A stretch of DNA of 61,539 nt, the filler included, from Catajapyx aquilonaris (lineage: Eukaryota): assembly GCA_000934665.2 (NCBI GenBank). It is 2 parts of 2 records of this genome, joined end to end, with 100 filler letters (N's around TTAATTAATTAA, not from the genome) between each part and the next. Parts side by side here need not be neighbours in the genome. Positions count along the whole stretch, not along the records: positions 30,828 to 61,539 come from JYFJ02004620.1; 1 more part is not named here. One strand, written 5' to 3'. A program made the translations under genes and the position numbers. Under the pieces are notes generated by a model that saw nothing but the letters and a program-made list of their open reading frames with translations, had not been told where the DNA came from and searched no databases. Shown piece by piece: positions 48,183-60,742 of the stretch; the stretch's first letter is position 1; each line of letters opens with the position of its first letter.

Positions 48183-48759
48183 CATCTTATCCATTATTGG
48201 CATATCCATAATGATATTATGTAGGTGGCCCATACGTATATGCATCATCATTATTTTCTAGGTGTAATAAATTTGATATCTGCACACGAGATACAATGCT
48301 TGACATCGATAACTCATGGCATGTAGCCTTGTAGGACGAGGAATGTTTCGTTATTTACAGCACATTCAGTTCGAAGAAGGAAGACTATAGATAACAACGC
48401 TTCTTGGAATGAAGTAATGCGTCTGTCCCAGCCAGTAAAGCGAGGCCTATAGGTGACGCTCCGTGTAAGGGTGCATTTTGCCATTCAGGCTCCGGGGGAT
48501 TCAGCCTCAACAACGTTTCTGCAGCATTCAGTCGGTTCCACACAGGCTGTGCCATAGCTGAAGCTATCCCCATGCGCTTTCTTTTAAAGTTGGTGGCCTC
48601 TGCCTTCTGCGGCGGCGTACTTTTTGGATCTGGGGAGCTAATAGAGCAGGACATTCCATGCCACTACCTGGATCATGAAAAGGAAATGCCAGTGTATTTC
48701 CTCTTCTTGGATGGAGCTTTGTTCCTCGTGGCATCTGTCCCCTTTGGAATTTCCCTCAT

Positions 48760-48997
48760 ACACGAGGGGGGTTCATTAAAGATTTTCCCTGACCAACTTC
48801 CCATGGACTGAGACAAACTAAACTTGGCACATTTCTTAGTCCATCTCTACATAGCTACCTCCAAGAGTCACACACTTCTCCCATCGCTTTAGGCAGCTGT
48901 GGAGACCTCGTTTGTAGAAGACTACAGGTTGCGTCAGAAGCCAAGACTTGACATCAGAAATCAGCGTGTCATTGTCTGGAAAACGCTTGCTCTCGTA
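48760..48997 (-). mobile_element. mariner transposase 3' remnant inserted in copy A
   Basis: Minus strand reads KRFPDNDTLISDVKSWLLTQPVVFYKRGLHSCLKRWEKCVTLGGSYVEMD*, with a CGAGGGG-type terminus. Confidence 0.8.
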
Positions 48998-50024
48998 GGT
49001 GTAAGTACCTGGCTGCAGCGACTAACACGACTTATCAGGACAGGAAAGTGAAACAGGTAATGTCTTGTGACAGCAGGGGGTCGGTAACATCCCAGAACAA
49101 GCCGATTCAGTTGACCCGGAGGAGATGCTGGACGGAAGAGGACCCGAACCAGCTCTTCATTCTCCTAATAGATGGTGAAGAAAGGAGAAAATTGATGAGA
49201 AGGCAGCGGAGACTTACACCTCAGTGACCACATTCCAACCAAGATGACCAGAGAAAGAAGACGTCCCGAAAAATGAATTTTCAAATGCCCTCGTCAAGTC
49301 ATTAGAGCCTTCGATGTCATGCTTGACCAGAAAGGCTAATAAATGTGTCTCCGATGGAAATAAACCACTGTAGTTTGGTTGAATTTTTAGTTCCCTTATC
49401 AAGAGGAATTATTGTTTTGCTGATGGCATCGAGTTACAATGAAGTATTTTACTGCACCACCTTCAATTTTTCATTACATACTTTTGCTGGATTTTTAAGG
49501 TGTAATGTGTATTTTCTTACAATCTGACATCCGTAGTGTGTTGTTTGGACTTCCTGCACATGCAGTAATTATGCTCCATGTGCCAACATTGTGTATAGCC
49601 ATAATTATTGCAAATGTATCTACCACATCAATGAGTCACTCCTATGGAAAAGTATTTCATAACCCGAGCAATGCCGGGTATCCTGCTAGTACCAAGAGCT
49701 GCTAGTACATAATAATATGCATCATCATTTAAGTGTAATAAATTCCATATCTGGAAATGAGATACGATGCTTGACCTGCATAACTCATGGCAGGTAGCCT
49801 GGTGGGACGATGAATGTTTCGTTATTTACATCGCATTCAGTTTGAAGAAGGAAGACTAGAGAACAATGCTACTTGGAATGAAGAAATGCGTCTCTCCCAG
49901 CCAATGAAACAAGGCCTTGTACGTGACACTCCGCGCACATTTCTCTGCTGGATTCGGGCCCCGGTGGATTCAGACCAGCAACGTCAGTCGGTTCCACACG
50001 TGCTGTGCCGTATCTGAAGCTATC

Positions 50025-50306
50025 ATGAGCTTCTCCTTGCAACTGCTAGCCTCTGCTGTCTTCTGCGGCGTCGTACTTTTTAGATATGGGGCGCTAATAG
50101 AGCACCACATTCCCCACGATTACCTGGAGCACGAGAAGGAAATGGGAGTATATTTCATCTACTTGGGTGGAACTTTGTTCCTCGTGGCATCTGTCATCTT
50201 GGGAGTTTCCCTCTTTGATGTAAGTACCTGGTTGCACCGACTAATGCGACTTTATCAGGACCGGAAAGTGAGCCAGGTTTTATGTCTTGTGACAGCAGTG
50301 GGCTGA
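50025..50306 (+). CDS. Putative small two-TM orphan protein (copy B); coding status uncertain
   Basis: MSFSLQLLASAVFCGVVLF...GVYFIYLGGTLFLVASVILGVSLF. The paralogous frame is kept in copy A (48572 onward). Confidence 0.3.
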   Translation: MSFSLQLLASAVFCGVVLFRYGALIEHHIPHDYLEHEKEMGVYFIYLGGTLFLVASVILGVSLFDVSTWLHRLMRLYQDRKVSQVLCLVTAVG

Positions 50307-52387
50307 TAACATCCCAGAACCAGCCAATTCAGGTGATCTGGAGGAGATGGATGAGGAAGTGATGGACCCGGAGGAGATGGACGAGGAAGTGGACCTCAAC
50401 CAGCTGTCCACTCTTCTGATAGATGGTGAGGACATGGGTGAGGATGGAGAAAATTGATGAGGAGACAACGGAGACCGTCCCATCCTGGGAACCACAATCA
50501 TGCCGACCAAGATGACCAGAGAAAGAAGACGCCCTGAAACATTACATTTTCAGATGTCCCAGTCAAGCCATTAGAGCTTCAATGTCATGCTTGACCAGAA
50601 ACTTAAGGCTAATAAATATGTCCCCGATGGAATAAACTAATGTTTGCTTGAATTTTTAGTTTCCTTATCAACTGTGATGGCTTCGAGTTGCAATGAATTT
50701 GCAATGGGTTACTATCATATCATTGCATATCAAGTTGTCTCAATTTATTTTGTCTTCCTTCCAATATAAGGGTCCTTGGGATGCATCTAAAGAACCCATC
50801 CCAACTCCTGCCGAGAGCCGTAGTTCCATTCCAGCTCCCCCCCTCCGCTCCCCCTGTCTACTTAGGTCAGGCTCCAATAATGCATGGCAGATGCCGGTTT
50901 AGTCGATTTAAAAAAAAAGTAGATTAAGAGGATAAACAAATGAGGAGAAACTGTGACATGTTCATAGGGCAAATGATAACTCTTCCCACCCACGTAAAAA
51001 AGAATGGAGGCAACCGCCCATATACTTCCGGCATGCCTGATAAAGTTATTTGAGACCTGCATACCTTACTGAAATGTGCAGTTTCTTCGGCGGGAGAATG
51101 CCATGACGTCACTCTCTAACAATGGTCGAATGACTCGCCTCGCCGGTTTGCAAGGCGCCTAATTCCGATGGGGATTGTCGGTGCGGGATCATTATAATAG
51201 TATTATATTGTTAGAGAGAGTGATGGTATGGCATTATTTCGATGAACAAACCGTAGATAGAATGATCATATTTCACAAACGGAAGTCAATGACCTCTGAA
51301 TTATGCAATGAGGAGGATAGCCTACCCTAGTTACAGAGAAATGGAATGCACCCAATGCAATAATATGAAGTCAGCAAACCTAACCCGACATTTAACTACA
51401 TGAAAAGGACGGGAATGTGACACAAATATGTGTATGGGCCTTTACGCAACAGCAGTAACTACGTGCGTGTCTGTGACAAAGTTACGGCGACCGCATAAAG
51501 GCTGTGCAGTGGATGTCGACTACTGGGACATGACTGGTGTCGACTATTGGAACACACTTGTCATTTTGGGTGTCGATTACTGGTCCAGTTGCACACTTGG
51601 ATACATGAATTTTTAACTCAAGATTAACCTGTGTAATTTGGCAAGAATATGCACTGGCTGAAAAAGCAAGTTTCGACGATTCAACCAATATTTTTAATCG
51701 AGAATTTCTTAAATAGATTCCCTGGGAAGAGTGTCCGACGTGAATTTTGTCCGGTTGGCGTGTCGACTGCTGGGACATTTTGGGAACAGGGAAGAAATCA
51801 TGTCATTGACAATTACTACTTGTTTTTGAGCAGATAATTATTATGCTGCGCATTTTTCCACTACATATGCTACAGGGTGCTGAAATTTAAATTGTCGGAA
51901 CATTGGAGGATTGTAGAAGGGTTCTAGGTGATCATTTTAAGTATGGGTGTAGCGGGTCTTAACAGCTTAGTAACTCGGTTAACAATAATAAAGAATGCTT
52001 TATACCGGCTTCAATGTCTCAGATGCAGCCTACGACACTTCCATCGCCTGTGCCCGCGCGTGGTTACCCAGCAGCGGCCCAATGGATCGAGAGTCCAGGA
52101 GGGCTCTTCGTGCTCGCGTGGGTTGTCAGGTTGTCTTCTGTCGTACAGTCCCACTCGTGGTCCCACTTTTCAAAACGGTCTTTATTTTCTCTAGGGTTGA
52201 TTTTGCCTCCTCCGACACAGGCGCTTCTTTTCAAATTCAAAATTTAAGACAAATTTTGTTAATAGACACCGTCGTCGTCAGAGGCGCTCACCTCCCGTGT
52301 CAGGTCCACGTCAGCACCACGTGGTTTTCGCAACTTCGGTTTTCATCACTTATTCGGCACCTATCATCAGGGCATTATCTCCGCAAA

Positions 52388-53143
52388 AATTTTGCTCGTA
52401 ATATGATAAGCAAATTATTATAAATCTTTGAGCAATAAAGAATTGCACTCGCCTACTTTATTTTGTCTTGGGTTCACCTGGCACCTCTGTCGTCCTCCCG
52501 ATTTTGTTCTGGTGCGGAGGGCGTAGTGAAGGGAGTCAGTGTTTCGCACCCAGGGGCCGCCCAAGGGCCAGGTAGGCAACTGTCCTTCCCATTACTTGGC
52601 AGGGTACGTCGTGGGTCATGAGTACCCGGATAAACCGTGCGTGGATTGCTGGTTGAAATAACGAGGGAGGTGCGGATTTGTCCTAGCTGTGAAGGAGGAG
52701 GGAAGGACGGGTTGTTAAGACTGTGCCTAGGACAGAAAAGACATTATTAAATTAGGGAAATTCAAAATTTTTGCTCGTAATATGATAAGCAAATTATTAT
52801 AAATCTTTGAGCAATAAAGAATTCCACTCCCCTACTCTTTGTCTTGGGTTCACCTGGCACCTCTGTCGTCCTCCCGATTTTGTTCTGGTGCGGAGGGAGT
52901 AGTGAAGGGAGTCAGTGTTTCGCACCCAGGGGCCGCCCAAGGGCCAGGTAGGCGACTGTCCTTCCCATTACTTGGCAGGGTACGTCGGGGGTCATGAGTA
53001 CCCGGATAAACCGTGCGTGGATTGCTGCTTGAAATAACGAGGGAGGTGCGGATTTGTCCTCTGTGAAGGAGGAGGGAAGGACGGCTTGTTAAGACTGTGC
53101 CTAGGACACAAAAGACGTTATTAAATTAGGGAAATTCAAAATT
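52388..53143. repeat. Tandem duplication, 2 x ~379 bp
   Basis: GCTCGTAATATGATAAGC at 52394 and 52773. The two copies are nearly identical. Confidence 0.9.
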
Positions 53144-53326
53144 AGTGGTATTTTCACGGAAGATTAATTTACTGACTAATAAATTAATTTTGACCGTTAC
53201 TGTGCGCTGTCTTTACTGGAATCGGGATGCAACATGTACGAGTAATATATTTTACCAATTAAACTGAGTGTCTCTCTTCGAAGGTAATAGAGGAATATTG
53301 TGGAGGCAACCAGCGGATAGCAGAAC

Positions 53327-56199
53327 ATGGCGTCACGACCTTTTACTCCAGACCAGACAGGTCATGTCACCATTAGAGACGGTAGGGATAACATTGCCAT
53401 ATTATATTTTATCTCGTAAAACTGATTGCTCCATAAAAGTTTCATTGGATGTGGGTTTCACATATTTGTTTTCTTCAAATAATCGACGACTACGACTAAC
53501 TTGACAGTTGACACCTTTCGACACTCACTTCCTGATCTGAAATGGAACCACCCAGCTACATCAATTTATTGAATTAGGGAGAAAAAAAGAGGGGGAGTAT
53601 AATCTGTGGAGTACTTTTGAAAAGTGAATAACTATTGATTCAGGCTAATAGTTTTATAAAGAAGTTTTGTCACTTCTTTCCCACCCACTTGTGACCTCTC
53701 TGCTAGTAGACCTTTTAATATGCTGACTGTAGTAACAACGCATCTTTAGGTTGGGAGAATTATGGCCCAGGAACCAGTACATGTTCAGGAGAGGAAAAGG
53801 AAAAGAATATTTGGAAATATGGCCCAGATTCGCTGACCCCAATTATATGGACACATAATGACCGGTAAGCATTCTGAAAAATATGTGGGCTGATTGTGCT
53901 GACACTTACAAGTTAGACGTCAGCCATTATTATTTATTATATTTGCAGATCCACTATATTTACTAATGAAGCATTAATGAAAGGAAGGAGTGGCAACCAC
54001 TGTGACCGAATGGCACTGGAGGAACGACACATTCCACTCCACTCCGTTGCCAAGATGTATGTGTTGCTAACATCTTTTTGTATAATAAATTATACATTTT
54101 GCTTCATAACGAAAACTCAGGGAATCTACGAAATGCACATAATTAATTTCTTTATTTAGTGAATTGGACAAGGTATGGACGAGTGACCATCCCAAAGGAA
54201 AAGATGTGGCATATTTTCATGAACTGGTACTGTACAATGATTCATCTATTTAGCATTTATTTACCTTGTCACTGTATTGCAGTTATTGATTGTTTGTCTT
54301 AAGCTGCTGATTTCTAAGCAGTTACTTTGGAATATACAATAGTTACGGTACGTTTAAAATGTGTCACAATTAGTACAGTAACTACTGATATTACGTTGTT
54401 GAACGTCGGAAAGGGGATCTAGCCTGGTAGGAATGAGTTTCGTCACCTCTACGTCTTCTGAAAATTTTTTGGTTATGCTCAATCGGAAGATCTTTGCAAT
54501 GCAGAATTTGGATGGATTATTATCCATCAGTTGACGCAATATTAACAGCTAATCGAGTATGTGCGTGTCATAATAATTACTGAAAGTTACCGTTATAAAA
54601 ATCTGCGAAAAATAGGCAAAAAATCGCGAACTGAAACAGACACCTGTGTTACTCTGCCCATTTAAGCTCCGAGGGAGAAAGTTATGGATAAGTATCCCCC
54701 ATATAGTGACGTAAACGAAGTAGGCTGCATGCGAAAAGGTAGAGAAAAATCCAACTTTGTTTCCAATCTGAATTGGACCAGGAGTGCCAAATCCATCAAC
54801 TTCGCCCTCCGCCTTGCCTCTGCAGATCGCCAACTTGGGCCAAGGACACCCTGTATATTTGTTTCTAGTCAGATGCAGCTTACGCTTGGGAAGTGTGTGT
54901 GTGAATTAGGATGTTAAGCTCTCGATGTGGTGACTATGGCTTGGGGCATCAACAGTTGATTATTATTATTATTATTATCATCAAAACACTCAATTCAAAA
55001 TGCTTTCAATCTGTCCCCAATTGCATATTATCACTCCAATTGCATGTGCATCTGACTGAATCCAAAAATATTAGAAGGCCTTTTACATATTTATATACAC
55101 ATATAGAAATCCGACCCAATGGTTACATGGAAAATGCAATAGAAAATAGTGTTATCCTGTCCATTTCAGAAGAGAGGCTTTCACGAGTTTTTGGACATGG
55201 TCAGAACAACCTATGGCACAGAAAATAGGGTGACCCTGGGAGATGTCACCGAAATTTTCAAACGAACATATTATGTTCATACTGACAAATACAAGGCCCT
55301 GCACTTTGAGGAGATAGCGCAAGCAGTGCTGGGGCACCTTGTTAGGGAGCTACTGAGAGAATGGGATCCACTAGAACATCCCCATGATCTCCTCAAAACA
55401 TTGCTTGAGTGTGAGGAGACACTGAACTTAAGATATTCAAGAGAGGTAAGAGAATACTTTGAATTCCATTGATCACTGGGCACTGTCTTTTGATCTACTG
55501 CCAGCAACAAAAAATTAATGTCAGGACATTTTATTGACATTGTGTTTAGGAATTGGCAGACCCAGACCGCAACCCATATGTGCAATTAATGCGGGATGAG
55601 TGGATACCAGTCCTTACAAAATTCTTGGATAACTGTGATTTCAACAACCCAGAACCGGTGATACAGTTTTTACATATGTGAGTATTTCATGAAGTCTTCT
55701 AACCAGTGCAGGTTTTAAGAAGAAAATACTATAGTAGCTATTGCTTTTTTGAAATTAATTGGGCATTTCTCTTGATACCACAAAATCTTTGTTCTTGACG
55801 CGTGTGCATTAATTTTCCATGCATAAGTTAATCCTAATTAATTACTAAGTTATTTTAAAAACTTGCTAGAAAAAGCTGTGCACTCACAATTCAGCTTCAT
55901 TTTCATGGTTATTCAGTTTCAGGGGGAAAAGCCTGTACAAAACTTTTTCAGCGTCTTCTGGTATTGTTTTACTCTTATAAGTTACATACTATGTCAAATA
56001 AACATTATTTTTGTGGCATTTATCATATTTCAGTTGGATGACAGGCCTCACAGTTCCTTTCCAAGGCGTTTTCTACCAATACATGCGCCGGCGGTATGAC
56101 CCACCTGGCATACAGACCTCGTACATGAAGCAGGTCAGCAAGGCTCTGCACCATTATGGAAATAGCTACAATCAGGCCATGAATCAAGGTGTGCGAGAG
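53327..56199 (+). CDS. Diverged TFIP11/STIP (Ntr1)-like spliced gene, 7 exons, 298 codons, 3' end unresolved
   Basis: Exons 53327-53360, 53750-53864, 53949-54056, 54160-54226, 55170-55445, 55550-55677 and 56034-56199 are all GT-AG, phase-compatible and stop-free. TLGDVTEIF...KY...EEIAQAVLGHLVRELLREWDPLEHP and PYVQLMRDEWIP...NPEPVIQFLHIW resemble TFIP11. The first exon is the least certain. Confidence 0.7.
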
Positions 56200-56928
56200 G
56201 TAAGTCCTGGTTTGTTTTTGACAATGTAATAATGCAAATTGTAGTAGTTAGTACTGTAACTGTTAAGCTAATCGGTTTTCCACTCGAAGCACAATATGAA
56301 TTTCCATAAAGTAATATTAACTAGGTTTATGTCATTTCAATCAGATGTGTACATGTCTGCGTTGATGCAGAATGCGATTAAATATCATTCAGCAGTATAT
56401 TCTAAGACCATGTGAAATTAACTGAGTTGTTTCACATGTAAACAAGATCGACAAATCGCGCGAGCGTGATTCGGAGATACATTTTTCTCCCTCCCAAAGA
56501 AATTCGAATTTGACAACAAAAGACATGGAATGTTGTCCGTCTCATCCATTTCCGGCTTCCAAGGAAACCAAATATACCGGTCCTAGACTTGACCTTGGTG
56601 GATAGAGTGGACCCAAAAAACTGGATGTTGACCATGAAATCTATTTTGGTCAGGCTGATTCCGAACCGAAAACCTTTTGTTGCTATCTCTTGGAGGTTTA
56701 GCCCCTGGCACATGTCCACGGACGGACGGACAGGGCTGTTCTATAAGACTTTTAAGTAGAGAAACAGTCTACATATCGAACGTAAGAAATCTCCATTATA
56801 GAATCTACATAATACAGTATGTTTAAAAAGACGAATCCTATTTGATGACTAATTCTGCGGCTGTACCTAGTTAAAAAATTGTCATAAAGTCCTTTGGATG
56901 CACCAGCATCCCTCGTGTATAATAATTA

Positions 56929-58217
56929 CACTGGGTAACAAGAAAATGTTTGAGTTAATTTTCTGAGGGCCGTTTTCTCGAACAGTGGTTCAAATGTAAA
57001 CCCGATTAAAAGCCGGTTTAAACCCTTGACAACAGCCTAACAACAATCAAATCAGGGATTAAACTGGCTTTGAACCCGGTTTACATTTGAACCACTGTTC
57101 GAGAAAACGGTCCTGATGACGGAATTGTAATGATTTTGGTGTGCTGTGTTTAAACCTGCAACCAGCTTTGCTCTATATCATCTAAAGTTTGGAAGATAGG
57201 CCATGTTTTGTATTTTCACAGTTTTGACCGCTCCTTATGCTCTGTGGTGTAGACTATAGTATATTGCTATACTGTTACTGAAATGATTGGAAGGGGGTAA
57301 ATATGTCAAAAGGTTCACCACTTTTAACAAAGATGTGTCACTCACTAAGGGATTTCCCCTCTCAATCCCTCCACCCACCCCAATTCACCGCAATACTCTC
57401 GTGCCAAGAGAAACTGGGTTGCTTCCACTGTTTCATATTAAGTTGGGGTTAGTAAAACAATTTGTAAGAGCTTTGGATGAAGAAGGTCCCTCACAGTGCA
57501 TAGAGTCAATATTCCCAAAGCTATCTGCAGCCAAAGTAAAAGCTGGCATTTTCACTGGCCCACAAGTGAAGCAGATCCTGGAGTCAAAAGAATTGGAGGA
57601 TAAAATGACTCATATTGGAAAAAGGGCTTGGAATACATGATCGCCATGATCACTGTTGTGGATGGCTTCCTTGGAAACAGAAAGAGTGACAACTATTTAG
57701 GACCTCATAGAAAATATGCTACATGTGTATATACAAGAACATGGGGTTCCTAATGTGTCTTAAGGTTCACTACTTGCACTTCCATTTGGATTTTATTATC
57801 CGGACAAATTGGGTGCTGTGAGTGAAGAACATGGTCAGCCCTTTCACCAAGACATTATGGACATGTAGAAGGGGTACCAGCAGGGAAGGTGATGGGATGC
57901 AGCCATGATAGGAGACTGCAGTGGCTCAAAAATTCATTTTTGAGAGAAATGAGTTTTTAAGGGAGTGTTCTCATATCATTTCAATTCAATATTGACTATA
58001 CAGCATGGAAAACGTCTAAACTTGTTATGGCGAAAAAAAATTAAAAATTGCCATAATAAATATTGTTATGTAGAATAAATACAAAACATAGTGTCGTCAT
58101 TTCTAAGCAAATGGTTGACGATAGAGCAAAAGCAATTTCATATTCAGCGCCTACAATCACATAAGAAAACAAAAAAATCGACTCAAACAAAAAAAAGTTT
58201 TATATTGTTACACAGTG
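56929..58217 (+). mobile_element. Chapaev3 (CMC) transposon, internally deleted, with degenerate transposase
   Basis: TTA|CACTGGGTAACAA...TTGTTACACAGTG|TTA ends. Motifs HIKLGLVKQFVRAL, PKLSAAKVKAGIFTGPQV, LKVHYLHFHLDF and LGAVSEEHGQPFHQDI. Confidence 0.85.
56967..57113. mobile_element. PIF/Harbinger-like MITE nested in Chapaev3
   Basis: TIR GG(G/A)CCGTTTTCTCGAACAGTGGTTCAAATGTAAACC with a 3-bp TGA TSD. Confidence 0.8.
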
Positions 58218-58500
58218 TTATACATAGAATGCTGGTATATCCCATGGCAAAATTACTTTGCTTACCTTCATTTGCATACTGTGAAACGTTTGCTTTTGTT
58301 ACAGTAATATTGTTACCTAAAAAATATATTATATGCTTCCTCATACTTGAATTATGTTCACATATTATATTACAATATAACTTCAATAACAATTCAAAAC
58401 TAGCCTGAAAATAGACTATGTCGTAATATTATGACAAAATAAGTATCGATCTTGGTAGGCGGTTAAATGACACTCATTTCTACACCTTCGTTACTCTATA

Positions 58501-58755
58501 ATTGAAGGGGTCGGTGCAATACCGCCCTAACCCACCAAATGACACAAATTGAGTTAAGCACACTTCCATGTACTACACTCATGTATCTAATAAAATCTAT
58601 TGAAATTGTGCAATTTCTGCCATCGGTCACTGAGAAATCAAATGAAATAAGTCACATGGTATATGGGATGTATATGGCCTCTCAAACTTTCAACTGCAGT
58701 TTTCTCAAAATCAGGTTTGGGAGGGTTAGGGCAGTATTGCACCGACCCCTTCAAT
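58501..58755. mobile_element. MITE
   Basis: TIR ATTGAAGGGGTCGGTGCAATAC.GCCCTAACCC, flanked by TA on both sides. Confidence 0.8.
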
Positions 58756-59261
58756 TATTATTTTCAATACTGTAGTTTCTTTCAAAGTATGGCAATACAT
58801 TATTATCACATATATGCCGGTAACTACACTAGCTGCCCGTAAGGTATATTACAAGTGCTGATGAATATTCGCCCTATTGAATTCAGCTCTATAAGCTTGA
58901 CAGTAATATTTTCAAGTTTTATGCTGGAAGGGTGGAAAAACAGGAACTTAAAATTTCCGCATTACTATTTGTTTCAGGTCCACATTATGTAGATTTTACT
59001 GTACGGTAGCAATGGTAGCTCTGATGGTAGGGGAAAGAACTACTCCACACAATTTTCAGTACAGTAACTTGTTATGTGTGCATTGTTAACAACACCCTTC
59101 TTGCACCATGTGTACGGTAGACGCACTGCGTAGGGAACTTTATTTTTTGTCGCGACAATTTGTCGTTAATCCGGAAAAGTACGAACTATAGGTGCCCTGC
59201 ACAAAGGTTTGGCATCTACAATGATGCAATACTGGACAAGATTGTCTTGAAATTGTGTCCC

Positions 59262-59760
59262 AATGGCTGCAGTGACTAACACGACTTATCAGGACAGGAA
59301 AGTGAAACAGGTTTAATGTCTTGTGACAGCAGGGGGTTGGTAACATCCCACAACAAGCCGATTCAGTTGACCCGGAGGAGATGGACGGAAAAGGACCCGA
59401 ACCAGCTCTCCATTCTCCTAATAGATGGTGAAGAAAGGAGAAAATTGATGAGAAGGCAGCGGAGACTTACACCTCAGTGACCACATTCCGACCAAGATGA
59501 CCAGAGAAAGAAGACGTCCCGAAATCTGAATTTTCAGATGTCCCCGTCAAGTCATTAGAGCGTTCGATGTCATGCTTGACCAGAAAGGGTAATAAATGTG
59601 TCTCCGATGGAAATAAACCGCTGTAGTTTCCTTGAATTTTTAGTTCCCTTATCAAGAGGAATTATTGTTTTGGTGATGGCATTGAGTTACAATGAAGTTG
59701 TAATGGGTTGCTCCCATATCATTGCATATCAAGTTGTCTCCAAATTTTTGTTTCCCTTAC
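59262..59760 (+). repeat. Third, partial copy (C) of the 48-50 kb duplicated unit
   Basis: TGGCTGCAG.GACTAACACGACTTATCAGGACAGG onward closely matches 49010-49445 and then 50690-50760. Confidence 0.85.
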
Positions 59761-60210
59761 CATCGACAACATAACTTGTAAGTGCAACTAAGCCACATTG
59801 CTTTCCGGTTTTCCCTCTAGTACAGTAGCCTATATTTTTAAACATTTTTGATTCGTGCCTTGAAATTGACGAGATTTTGAAAGAGTTTTGCAATGGATAG
59901 GGCGACAACTGCTGCTGGACATTAGGAAATTCGGGTCAAACCACTGTCTACCTTGCCCATACGTACAGTAAAAGCCACCTAAATGTGTGGATCAGTTATT
60001 TGTCTTCTTGTATATGTGCAGTTTCAAAAACAATACTTATTTATTGCTATAAGTCACGTCGCGTCGGGTGCAGTGACCTTCACTCACATCAAAGCTTTTA
60101 AGCCATATCTTTGACGATGTTATTAATCTTATGACCAAAGAGAAAAATATCTGGAGCACTGGTCAGCCACTCGCAGACAATTCCAGGCGTAACAATGGAA
60201 TGCCCTGTCC

Positions 60211-60706
60211 GTTGTCTGAGATGGGCAGGGGTGGCAGGTGGGAAGGGTAGTGTATAGTTTTATTTTGTCATTATTTGTCAAAATAAATGGCCGAGATGGT
60301 AACGTCTCGGCTTGCTATGCGAAAGGTCCCGGGTTCAAATCCCCACCCGGGAACAAACATCTCGCTGGCGTCAATTGGTCGTGACCCGCGCCTAAGGAGG
60401 CGTCTTGGCAACCTGACCTCCTGGGGGACTGCACCTGGCCCATCGCCGGACAATGCACCTGCACATGTCACATGTGTCCCCTCCCCAAATCCCCAACCCT
60501 TACCCTATTTGCTAGTAATCCTTGCACCAGTGATTGAAGTAAAAACAATTAGAAAACTGTATGGTGGTCTGCCACCCCCCTATAACAGCATAAAGTTGTA
60601 TCACGGGGCAAATAAAATAAGAAATAAAAATAAATAAAAAATGTACTTCATATGTGGGGTTAACTTGCATCTCCTTTCATCGCTGACTACCCCTTATAGG
60701 GAAATG

Positions 60707-60742
<36 letters not shown>
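60211..60742 (+). mobile_element. Microsatellite-tailed retroelement end interrupted by a tRNA-derived SINE (60287-~60640)
   Basis: Outer parts match 29050-29222 with a (GTT)n tail. The inner part begins TGGCCGAGATGG...GGTTCAAATCCC and ends in an A-rich tail. Confidence 0.65.

Larger units (their letters stand above)
48235..50760 (+). repeat. Tandemly duplicated ~1-kb unit (copy A ~48235-49445, copy B ~49715-50760) containing a hydrophobic ORF
   Basis: Alignable by eye, e.g. GAATGTTTCGTTATTTACA at 48341 and 49812, and CCAAGATGACCAGAGAAAGAAGACG at 49239 and 50507. Confidence 0.85.

Noticed and set aside
52340..52720. Hammerhead or twister ribozyme-like words (minus-strand CTGATGA; CCCGGATAAA...GGAGGAGGG)
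   Set aside because: I could not build the required stems and conserved core by eye. An Infernal scan would be needed.
60287..60360. tRNA gene candidates (also at ~14850-14920, ~27730-27800, ~38720-38790, ~48110-48180)
   Set aside because: A and B boxes are present but there is no proper acceptor stem. The heads continue into shared SINE bodies with tails, and two copies have TSDs.
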